From Campylobacterales bacterium (GTDB lineage: Bacteria; Campylobacterota; Campylobacteria; Campylobacterales; Sulfurimonadaceae): DNA of 22,115 bases. The stretch covers positions 1-22,115 of the forward strand of contig JBBRBK010000033.1 in the NCBI GenBank assembly GCA_038205935.1, in the 5' to 3' direction. The position numbers and the translations under genes are program-made. Of the stretch, positions 8,682 through 16,228 are shown one piece after another (positions within the stretch are counted from its first letter, which is position 1; the number at the start of each line of letters is the position of its first letter). The notes under the pieces were generated by a model, which saw nothing but the letters and a program-made list of their open reading frames with translations, searched no databases and was not told where the DNA came from.

Positions 8682-9868
8682 TCTAAAACGATTAAACGTC
8701 CAAATGGAATTTCTCTCTCTTTTGGCGATATCCACACAACTTCAAAAAGCGGCTCTTGCTTTGGAAAAAATCCATCTAAATCCGTGAAATATAAAAGCAA
8801 AGATATGTCATAAAGATGAAGATCAATGTATTCAAATACTGGTCTAAAATCTGTTCCGCCTCCGCCTTTTAAAGAGTAACTCAGTTCATCGCCCTCATAA
8901 AAAGTTTCATGCGATTGTACTGCGGCATCTGCGACGATGATATCTATCTCATAGTTTGAAATACTAAGCATAATGGAGCGAATCTCGCTCATAAAACTCC
9001 CTAAAAGTTCCTCATCCACAGAACCTGAGCTATCGATGGCAATGGTAAGTTTAAAGCGGTTACTCGTCAAAGAAGGCAAGTAAGTTCCAAGATAAAGCAG
9101 TTTTTTTGATGGAGGTAAAACTCTGTAATCATCTCTGTAAAATCTGTCTATCGCGTGAGCCAATTCCTCTCGCCAATCAAGCTTACATGTAAGCTCAATT
9201 TCAAAGAAACGATCCATTCCAAGAGGCAAATCACCGCGACTCTTTTCATCTTGCAAAAGCTTTTCATTTATCTGTGAAAAAAGTTCCTCATCAAGCACAT
9301 TTTCCACTTCCATCTTGGGAGCATTTTCATCTTTTTTATCATCTGATTGCGGATTGTTTTGCTTATTATTTTGGCGTTTATTCTCTTCATTGAAACCAGT
9401 CTCATCGCTCTCATCATCGCTAAACTCTTCGTTTTTTATCTCATCTTTTAAGATCTCATAAATCTCTTCAGCATACAGACCATCAAAACGTGGATCATGG
9501 TTCACACCAAAAGGTTTATCAAGTCCATTTTCGACAAGCATCGCATTGATAGCATAATCCGTTGCAAGTTGCCAAAGCCAGCCATAACGGGAGTTTTTAC
9601 GATTTTGATGCGATAAAACCGTGTGCATCGCGCCATTAGAAAGAGCAAATTCCAACTCACTTATCTCTAAGTCAGCGAGATATTCGTCGTTATATTCCAG
9701 CCTCAAACCATCACTTAAAAATGCGCCGATATTATCGTTTTTCACAAGCTCCAAACGACTCGCAAGCGTTCCAAAATAGGGGTAATCGACAAGGAGTTTA
9801 GCTTTAGCCTGAGATATCTTTGTCGCTAAAGCGCTTACACCCGTCGGGCACTCTACATGTAAACTCAT
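8678..9868 (-). CDS. DUF2201-type protein: N-terminal putative metallopeptidase-like domain (degenerate) plus C-terminal VWA-like domain
   Basis: 396 aa. PYFGTLA..DG..L.YN..WQLATDYAINAML..AEEIY N-terminal motifs; acidic/Asn-rich linker; LDWREEL; MIDAS IDSSGS, GGGGTDF, YFTD. Confidence 0.8.
   Translation of the reverse strand: MSLHVECPTGVSALATKISQAKAKLLVDYPYFGTLASRLELVKNDNIGAFLSDGLRLEYNDEYLADLEISELEFALSNGAMHTVLSHQNRKNSRYGWLWQLATDYAINAMLVENGLDKPFGVNHDPRFDGLYAEEIYEILKDEIKNEEFSDDESDETGFNEENKRQNNKQNNPQSDDKKDENAPKMEVENVLDEELFSQINEKLLQDEKSRGDLPLGMDRFFEIELTCKLDWREELAHAIDRFYRDDYRVLPPSKKLLYLGTYLPSLTSNRFKLTIAIDSSGSVDEELLGSFMSEIRSIMLSISNYEIDIIVADAAVQSHETFYEGDELSYSLKGGGGTDFRPVFEYIDLHLYDISLLLYFTDLDGFFPKQEPLFEVVWISPKEREIPFGRLIVLD
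9180..9195. repeat. Iterated palindrome AGCTTACATGTAAGCT
   Basis: 16-bp palindrome with the 12-mer core, in the VWA gene (LTCK). Confidence 0.8.
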
Positions 9869-10863
9869 GAAAGCAGGTAACTAAACTTTCTCACCCATAT
9901 TTTAAACACTTCTGAGTGTTCCATTCGTACACCGTTACGTTGAAGTTCTTGGACTATCATCACGGCGAACTCGCTTTGAAGTTCAATCGTATAGCTCAAA
10001 AGATTTTCAAGATACTCTGGGTTATGAAGTGTTTTACTTACAAGCCCTGCACTAAGCGCATACAACACATCCACATCACTCGGATACTCGCCCTCGCCCG
10101 TTTGTAAAATAGCTTCGATATCTGGAAGACGATTTACGACTTTACAAAAACTGAGGAAATCCACGGCGATATCGTGCCCGATTGCACCGCCTATTGTGTT
10201 CATTAACAGTTGTTCACTGATGCTTGATTTGAGAAGTTTGTCTACAAATTCCCAGCTTCTAGGTGTTGCAAAACTCTTCTCATTTTTTGTCGCATCAAAG
10301 GTAAAAAGATTCTCGTTTTTATACCCAATGTACGCGATAATACGCTCATCGATGAGGCTTTTATACGCCCACGATTTATAATCATCCACATCCACACCCA
10401 TCTCTAAATGCACAAAACGGTTAGCAAGCGGAGATGGCATTCTGTAAACCACACCTCTGTCACTTTCACGATTTCCAGCCGCGACTATCGCCCAACCCTC
10501 AGGCAGTTCATACTCGCCCACTTTTCTGTCTAGTATGAGCTGATACGCCGAAGCCTGAACAGCGGGAGGCGCAGAGTTTAGCTCATCTAAAAACAAAATC
10601 CCGCTTCCCTCACGAGGTAAAAACGAAGGGGAAGCCCAGACTGCGGTGTGTTCGTGCTTGTCATAAAAAGGGATCCCTTTTAAGTCTGTCGGGTCCATCA
10701 GTGAAAGGCGCAGATCCACAAAGCCCATCTTATTTTCATCGGCGATCTGTCTGATGATGGAGGATTTTCCAATTCCAGGCGCGCCCCAAAGAAAGGTCGG
10801 AATTTTTTGCTCTATCATCGCTTCTATCGCGCTTCTTATCTCACTTGCTCTCAACTCTGCCAT
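9865..10863 (-). CDS. MoxR-like / AAA_5 AAA+ ATPase
   Basis: 332 aa. Walker A GAPGIGKS, Walker B ILFLDE, sensor AAGN, arginine finger PLANRF, TPRSW. ATGA overlap with the VWA gene. Confidence 0.88.
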   Translation of the reverse strand: MAELRASEIRSAIEAMIEQKIPTFLWGAPGIGKSSIIRQIADENKMGFVDLRLSLMDPTDLKGIPFYDKHEHTAVWASPSFLPREGSGILFLDELNSAPPAVQASAYQLILDRKVGEYELPEGWAIVAAGNRESDRGVVYRMPSPLANRFVHLEMGVDVDDYKSWAYKSLIDERIIAYIGYKNENLFTFDATKNEKSFATPRSWEFVDKLLKSSISEQLLMNTIGGAIGHDIAVDFLSFCKVVNRLPDIEAILQTGEGEYPSDVDVLYALSAGLVSKTLHNPEYLENLLSYTIELQSEFAVMIVQELQRNGVRMEHSEVFKIWVRKFSYLLS

Positions 10864-12200
10864 CCTATATTTTCTGTTTTTATATGGTTTCCAAAAGTCT
10901 CATTTTCACTCACCAAGCGATCAAGTCTCTGATCTAGTCTGAGTTCATACAGAAGTTCCACTGGAGTTCTTGGGTTTTTACATAAAGCTTTTAATACTTC
11001 AATCTCTTTAGAATTTACCAATTTTTCTAAAATATCCACAGGCGTTTTATGATTTTGTGCAAGGGAGAGATGATTTTTCTCATTCAAATACGCTTCTCGA
11101 AGAGTCTCCTCTTTTACTGCTGGATTTGAAAAAAGTGAGATATTAACCTCATCATCGCCTAGCGAAAGTATCATCTGTGCGACTTCCTCACAAAGAGTTT
11201 GATTTTCACATAAAATGAGTGTCGTTTCTTTGTTAGCACGCGCTAAAAGTGTCTCTTGCATCTTACATGTAAGAGTGTTATTTTTTGCCAAAAAGCTCGG
11301 AGTTTTCTCTATAAAGAGTTCAAAAATAGTATCATCAAGTTTGATATGCTCGGCAATCATCTCGGGATAATGCTCTTGGAGTTTTTCCATCAAAGCTCTA
11401 TCAAGATCTGCATTTTCACACAGGGCTTCATTGATAGTTGCATCGCTCAAAGAAAAGAGCATAGTTTGCAAACTTTTATCCACTCCTTTTCGCCCTGCGA
11501 TGATTTTTCTTATCTCTAAACTGCCATTTTTCAAAAGCATCTTCAAAACTGAATCGGGAGTATTTCTGTTTTTCGAGATGGAAAGCAGTATCGCGTACAA
11601 ACTCTGGTTTGAAAGCCCTTTTTTAAGCGGTTCTAAACCTGCGATTACCTCTATAAGATCACGATTATTGCTTTGCTCGACAAGATGCATCAACCCCAAA
11701 GTCGCATACTGAACATTATGATTTCTCTCAATATTTTCATAAAATCTTGATATCAGTGCTGCGGTAACATCTCGGTTTTCATCATTATCAAAAAATCCTT
11801 CATTTTGCCAATCATATAGCTTGATGAGTTTTAAAAAAAGTGTGTCATTGATCTGTGAATTTTTTATATAAGCAAAAAGTCTTTCTTTGTCGTGGGAGAG
11901 TTTGAGACTCATCAAAAGCGCATCTTCATCAATGTTTTTTATCAACAGATTTTCAAGCTCATCAATGGTGATAAACTTCTCTTTTAAGCCCGCTTCATAG
12001 AGTGCATCAAAATCATTTTGCTCATAAGGAGTGATGAGTCTGCCCTCTGCGATGAACGCTACATCCTCACCATATTTACTTACAAGCTCTATTTTACACT
12101 CTTGTATTTGATAGCTGAACTCTTCCATATCAAAAGCTCTTGGCTTTCCAAAAAGAAGAATCTTTTTATTTTTCAACTCTTCTAAGATAATCTTACTCAT
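10851..12200 (-). CDS. Hypothetical protein with LRV (leucine-rich repeat variant)/HEAT-like repeats and a possible N-terminal BRCT-like domain
   Basis: 449 aa. Repeats of the type SKNRNTPDSVLKML, AQNHKTPVDILEKL, CKNPRTPVELLYEL. N-terminal KKILLFG...F...I...VSKY..DVAFIAEG loosely fits a BRCT pattern (inference). Confidence 0.6.
   Translation of the reverse strand: MSKIILEELKNKKILLFGKPRAFDMEEFSYQIQECKIELVSKYGEDVAFIAEGRLITPYEQNDFDALYEAGLKEKFITIDELENLLIKNIDEDALLMSLKLSHDKERLFAYIKNSQINDTLFLKLIKLYDWQNEGFFDNDENRDVTAALISRFYENIERNHNVQYATLGLMHLVEQSNNRDLIEVIAGLEPLKKGLSNQSLYAILLSISKNRNTPDSVLKMLLKNGSLEIRKIIAGRKGVDKSLQTMLFSLSDATINEALCENADLDRALMEKLQEHYPEMIAEHIKLDDTIFELFIEKTPSFLAKNNTLTCKMQETLLARANKETTLILCENQTLCEEVAQMILSLGDDEVNISLFSNPAVKEETLREAYLNEKNHLSLAQNHKTPVDILEKLVNSKEIEVLKALCKNPRTPVELLYELRLDQRLDRLVSENETFGNHIKTENIGWQS
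11261..11274. repeat. Iterated palindrome TCTTACATGTAAGA
   Basis: 14-bp palindrome in the LRV-repeat gene (LTCK). Confidence 0.8.
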
Positions 12201-12941
12201 CTAATTTGCTAACACTTTTTCTATAGAATATTTTAAATCCCCGTCCAACGAATCCATAGATTTGAGCATCCATCTCAAATATCCCGCATCTTCGCGCGCG
12301 ACATCTACAAGGTCTTTTCCTTTGTATTTTCCAAATCTAAAAGTTTTCACAAAAATCGGCTCTTTTGTTAAAGACACCATCTTCTCAACAGGATTTTCAT
12401 CTACAAATTTTTCCTGCACTGATTTACGAAGTTCACTCAAAAAAAGTTTCAAAGTCAAAACATCGCCTATCGCATCATGCGCTTTTACTTCGATGCCAAG
12501 TTTATCCGCTTCCGCTTTTTCTTCCTTGTAAAGTCCCATTTTGTAACGAAAATATTGCAATCTATGCGCCTCTTCATCTGCATAAATATGTCTCGCACAA
12601 CGAAGCGTATCGATAAGCTTCATCTTGAGAGAAAAACCCTCTTTTTCAAGCATTCCTATATCAAAAATAGCGTTATGGATGATGACATAGTTCTCAGGAG
12701 AATTCAGTTCAAGAAGTCTTTTATAAGCTTGTGTGTCTGCGCACAAGGGCTTTCCTTCTATCATATCTGGTGTGATACTATGCACTTCCATCGCACCATA
12801 AGAGATAGGTACTTCTGATGAGCAAAACTCATTCTGCACTTCTATCTCTTTACCCCCAAGTACCATATATCCAAGCTGGATAATGCGGTCATTTTCACCC
12901 GCGCCCGTTGTTTCCGTATCTAAAATTATATATTTTGCCAT
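12201..12941 (-). CDS. DEDDh 3'-5' exonuclease (DnaQ/ExoX-like) with a C-terminal FGKYKG domain
   Basis: 246 aa. ExoI LDTETTG, ExoII HNAIFD, ExoIII HDAIGD. C-terminal FRFGKYKG..D.GYLRW resembles the ExoX C-terminal/DUF3820-type domain. Confidence 0.88.
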   Translation of the reverse strand: MAKYIILDTETTGAGENDRIIQLGYMVLGGKEIEVQNEFCSSEVPISYGAMEVHSITPDMIEGKPLCADTQAYKRLLELNSPENYVIIHNAIFDIGMLEKEGFSLKMKLIDTLRCARHIYADEEAHRLQYFRYKMGLYKEEKAEADKLGIEVKAHDAIGDVLTLKLFLSELRKSVQEKFVDENPVEKMVSLTKEPIFVKTFRFGKYKGKDLVDVAREDAGYLRWMLKSMDSLDGDLKYSIEKVLAN

Positions 12942-12954
12942 TTGGCCTCTTTCG

Positions 12955-13344
12955 TTAGTGTTTCATCTCTAAAAATGGATGAAGCATATAGTTTTTCATA
13001 GCCTCGAGATACATCTCATTTAATTTGATAAGTAAATAGTTCATACCATCCTTATACACCTTTTCATATTCACAAAAGGTAAGAACGATATCAGGATATT
13101 TTTTTCCTTGATAAACAAAATCATGCACCATAATAGGCTCATTTAAATCATCAAATATTTTAAGAAGTTTATCACTTGAAAAGGGAGAATCAATCAGTTC
13201 AAAGAGATGAAAGAGCTTACTGCACGAGATACTCATCAAAGATTCTTTGTCACTCTGGATATAGGTGCTGTATAGAGATTGTGCAAGCTTCAATGACTCT
13301 TTGGATAAAGGCGATTTTACAAGTTCTTGTTTTTCAATCTTCAC
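12955..13344 (-). CDS. Hypothetical protein, possibly a winged helix resembling Rep_3 initiator WH1
   Basis: 129 aa. GTG start with AAGGAG RBS at 13357->13352; 13 bp upstream of the exonuclease gene. The fold suggestion is only a loose pattern impression. Confidence 0.6.
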   Translation of the reverse strand: MKIEKQELVKSPLSKESLKLAQSLYSTYIQSDKESLMSISCSKLFHLFELIDSPFSSDKLLKIFDDLNEPIMVHDFVYQGKKYPDIVLTFCEYEKVYKDGMNYLLIKLNEMYLEAMKNYMLHPFLEMKH

Positions 13345-13448
13345 CGTACAGCTCCTTAAATAGTTTATTCAAATTAAATCCTATTATCTCATATCAAAGC
13401 TTATGCTACAATTTGTTTTTAGTGGCTATTGCAAGATCAATGAATTTT

Positions 13449-14711
13449 TTATATAAGTCCCAGCAATGCGATCAAAAGCACTGGTGGCGTAATAACAAGA
13501 CCTACTTTCATATATTCTCCCCAACCAATTTTGACACCTTTTTGAGCTAGTACATGTAACCATAAAAGTGTTGCAAGTGAACCGATCGGTGTCATTTTTG
13601 GTCCAAGATTTGAGCCTAAAATATTTGCATACACAAGCGCTTCATGTCCAGCATAACCTACTTGAGCGATGGAAATATCCATAAGCATTATGGTTGGCAT
13701 ATTGTTCATCACAGAACTGATAATAGCCGATAAAAAGCCCGTTCCGATGATCGCCGCTGTGTCGCCCTGCTCTAAAAGTGCTTTAATCCACGAAGCAATA
13801 ATGTCGCTAATCCCTGCATTTTTAAGTCCATAAACGACGACATACAGTCCAATAGAAAACCATACAATCTGCCAAGGTGCGGCTTTAATGGTCATAATCG
13901 GCTTGACTGCTTTGTGATAGTTTGCAAGAAGCAAAAAGAGGATCGCTCCTCCTAAAGCAAAAAGTGAAACAGGAAGATGAAATCTATCTCCAACAAAATA
14001 TCCCGCCATCAAAAATACCAAAAAGAACCACGAGATTTTAAACATCGGCATATTTTTAATAACTGAGCGAGGCTTTGCGAGTGCTGAAATATCGATGTAA
14101 GTAGGAATATCTTTTCTAAAATAGATCCATAAGACAACGATAGAAGCAATGATACTCAGTAAATTTGGTAAGAACATATTAAGCGCATATTCACTAAAAC
14201 CTATATGAAAATATCCCGCTGTTACGATGTTTGTAAGATTTGAGATGACAAGGGGATTTGACGCGCTATCGCCGATAAAACCACCTGCCATCAAAAATGC
14301 AAAAACTGCAAGAGGCCTTAATTTGAGATGTTTTATCTTTGCTAAAACTATCGGCGTCAAAATAAGTGCCGCTCCATCATTGGCAAAAAATGCCGCCACA
14401 ACTGCGCCAAGAAGAAGGATATAAACAAACATCAGATGTCCATTTCCACGGCTGAGTCTTGCCATCTTAAGCGCTGCATATTCAAAGAAACCAATCTCAT
14501 CAAGCACCATCGAAAGAAGAATAATCCCGATAAACGCCAAAGTTGCATCCCAGACAATGCCTGTTACAGTAAGAACATCGCCAAAACTCACGACTCCAAG
14601 AAGTAGACTTACTAAAGCACCAACAACGGCAGTTGTACCAATCTGAAGTCCCTTAGGCTGCCAGATGATAAAAAGCAGAGTGATGAAAAATATTGAACTT
14701 GCTAAAAGCAT
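13449..14711 (-). CDS. arsB: Arsenite efflux pump ArsB
   Basis: 420 aa, highly hydrophobic. MLLA..IF..T...IIWQPKGL, FANDGAALILTPIV, SNLTNIVTA, NNMPT and LGPKMTPIGSLATLLWLHVL match E. coli-type ArsB. Confidence 0.93.
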   Translation of the reverse strand: MLLASSIFFITLLFIIWQPKGLQIGTTAVVGALVSLLLGVVSFGDVLTVTGIVWDATLAFIGIILLSMVLDEIGFFEYAALKMARLSRGNGHLMFVYILLLGAVVAAFFANDGAALILTPIVLAKIKHLKLRPLAVFAFLMAGGFIGDSASNPLVISNLTNIVTAGYFHIGFSEYALNMFLPNLLSIIASIVVLWIYFRKDIPTYIDISALAKPRSVIKNMPMFKISWFFLVFLMAGYFVGDRFHLPVSLFALGGAILFLLLANYHKAVKPIMTIKAAPWQIVWFSIGLYVVVYGLKNAGISDIIASWIKALLEQGDTAAIIGTGFLSAIISSVMNNMPTIMLMDISIAQVGYAGHEALVYANILGSNLGPKMTPIGSLATLLWLHVLAQKGVKIGWGEYMKVGLVITPPVLLIALLGLI

Positions 14712-14968
14712 TAGCTATTGATCACTTTTGATTTTGCAAGTGCTTCTTCGATCTCTTCTTTGTTAATATCTCCGCTAAGAGTAAGATTGACATCGCCATC
14801 TTCTCCGCATATTTGTATATCTTTGATTTTTTGTTTCGTTGCATCACTCATACATTCGCATCCACCGCTTTGGCAATTCTGCACCATTGAGACGATATTT
14901 GCTTTTTTGACTTCACCTAAAAATGATATTTTCACGCCATTTGCTGTTTTGATTACTTCTTTTTGCAT
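14711..14968 (-). CDS. Small Cys-rich hypothetical protein in the ars operon
   Basis: ATG 14968 lies 6 nt after an AAGGA RBS (14979->14975), giving 85 aa. C-x4-C-x-C motif (NCQSGGCECM). The stop overlaps the arsB start (TAATG at 14711). Confidence 0.75.
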   Translation of the reverse strand: MQKEVIKTANGVKISFLGEVKKANIVSMVQNCQSGGCECMSDATKQKIKDIQICGEDGDVNLTLSGDINKEEIEEALAKSKVINS

Positions 14969-14996
14969 CTTCAATCCTTTATTTATATGTAAACGA

Positions 14997-15026
14997 ACTA
15001 TAGCATAGTTTTAATCAATAAATCAA
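14997..15026 (-). promoter_or_regulatory. Promoter of the Cys-rich ORF-arsB operon
   Basis: TGcTATAGT extended -10 at 15005->14997; TTGATT at 15026->15021 (18-bp spacer) overlaps the operator. Confidence 0.5.
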
Positions 15027-15040
15027 TATATCTTGATATA
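15019..15040. promoter_or_regulatory. ArsR/SmtB operator inverted repeat
   Basis: TAaATCAA-tatatc-TTGATaTA. The core ATCAA-N6-TTGAT at 15022-15037 matches the known ArsR/SmtB-family operator core and lies between the divergent ars genes. Confidence 0.7.
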
Positions 15041-15065
15041 TAAAAATTACGTTATAATCTACTTT

Positions 15066-15395
15066 ATGGAAATATTTTTAAAAACAGTATCAGCACTTAA
15101 TGATGAAACGCGTATCAAACTTTTACGCTTTATAGATGAAAACGGCTCGATGTGTGTATGCGACATGCAAGAATCCTTTGGAATGATCCAGTCCCGCCTC
15201 TCTCGCCATCTTAAAATCCTCAAAGATGCGGGATTTTTAAGAGTGGACAGACGAGGCACTTGGGCGTATTACTCTATACGAACGCCTTTGGACAGATTTC
15301 GTATTCAAGCCCTAGATGAGATCAAAACCCTCGCCCTCTCACTCCCAGAATTTAAAAAATGCTCATCAAATAATGAAGGATGTAAAACAAAATGA
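15066..15395 (+). CDS. arsR: ArsR/SmtB-family metalloid-responsive repressor
   Basis: 109 aa from ATG 15066. ALNDETRIKLL, alpha3 metal box MCVCDM (ELCVCDL type), QSRLSRHLKIL..AG....R.GTWAYYSI. Confidence 0.9.
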   Translation: MEIFLKTVSALNDETRIKLLRFIDENGSMCVCDMQESFGMIQSRLSRHLKILKDAGFLRVDRRGTWAYYSIRTPLDRFRIQALDEIKTLALSLPEFKKCSSNNEGCKTK

Positions 15396-16228
15396 AGGCA
15401 AAAATAAAAGAGTTAGCGCTTGCTCTCAAACTGATGCTAGAAGGATTTTTCGATAAAGAGCTAACTCTTTTTGCTGCGAGTCTGAGCTTTTACACCATCT
15501 TTACCATCATCCCTCTTTTGATGATCGTTATGGCGCTTATCACTTCACTTCCAAATTTTAGTGACCATTATGAGACAATCAAACTATTTATCTTCTCAAA
15601 CCTTATGCCTGTAAATTCTGGGGCTATGATGGGCTATATTGATGGCTTTTTACAAAATTCCGTAAAGATGGGTGTCATAGGTTTTGCCAGTGTTATCGTG
15701 GCATCTCTACTTTTCTTTCAAGATTTTGAATATATCATTAACCGTATTTTTCATGCGCAAAAAAGAACTATCTGGGAATCTGTCACGACTTACTGGACTC
15801 TTATCACGCTCACGCCTATCGCGCTTGGTGTCTCTTTTTATATCTCAACGCAACTCGCACTCCTCGTCGATGACAGCATTCTTTCAGGCTGGATAAATGT
15901 CATCAAAATCTTTCCCTACCTCATCATTTGGGCGCTCTTCTTTTTGATTTATCAGATCGCTGCAAATGTCAAGATAGAGCCAAAAGCTTCATTTATCGCT
16001 TCATTTATTACATCAACAATATTTTCAATTGCCAAATCATCTTTTATCTATTACATCATTTACAATAAAAGCTATTCTACGATTTACGGCTCTTTTGCGA
16101 TGGTGATCTTTGTCTTTTTTTGGATCTATATTTCATGGATTATTTTTATTTACGGTATGAAACTATGCTACATTCTGCATCGCATATATGAAGATCGTCG
16201 TGCTCTCAAACACAAGGACGTAAAATAA
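15392..16228 (+). CDS. yihY: YihY/virulence factor BrkB family inner-membrane protein
   Basis: 278 aa, about 6 TM. AASLSFYTIFTIIPLL and YSTIYGSFA..IF.FFWIYISW.IFIYG motifs. ATGA overlap with arsR. Confidence 0.85.
   Translation: MKAKIKELALALKLMLEGFFDKELTLFAASLSFYTIFTIIPLLMIVMALITSLPNFSDHYETIKLFIFSNLMPVNSGAMMGYIDGFLQNSVKMGVIGFASVIVASLLFFQDFEYIINRIFHAQKRTIWESVTTYWTLITLTPIALGVSFYISTQLALLVDDSILSGWINVIKIFPYLIIWALFFLIYQIAANVKIEPKASFIASFITSTIFSIAKSSFIYYIIYNKSYSTIYGSFAMVIFVFFWIYISWIIFIYGMKLCYILHRIYEDRRALKHKDVK

Noticed and set aside
13551..13558. arsB TACATGTA copy (and ispG CACATGTA near 19127) as independent evidence for the palindrome
   Set aside because: Both overlap protein-conserved motifs (WLHVL, CPTCGR), so they are weak support. 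The claim rests on the 10- and 12-mers.
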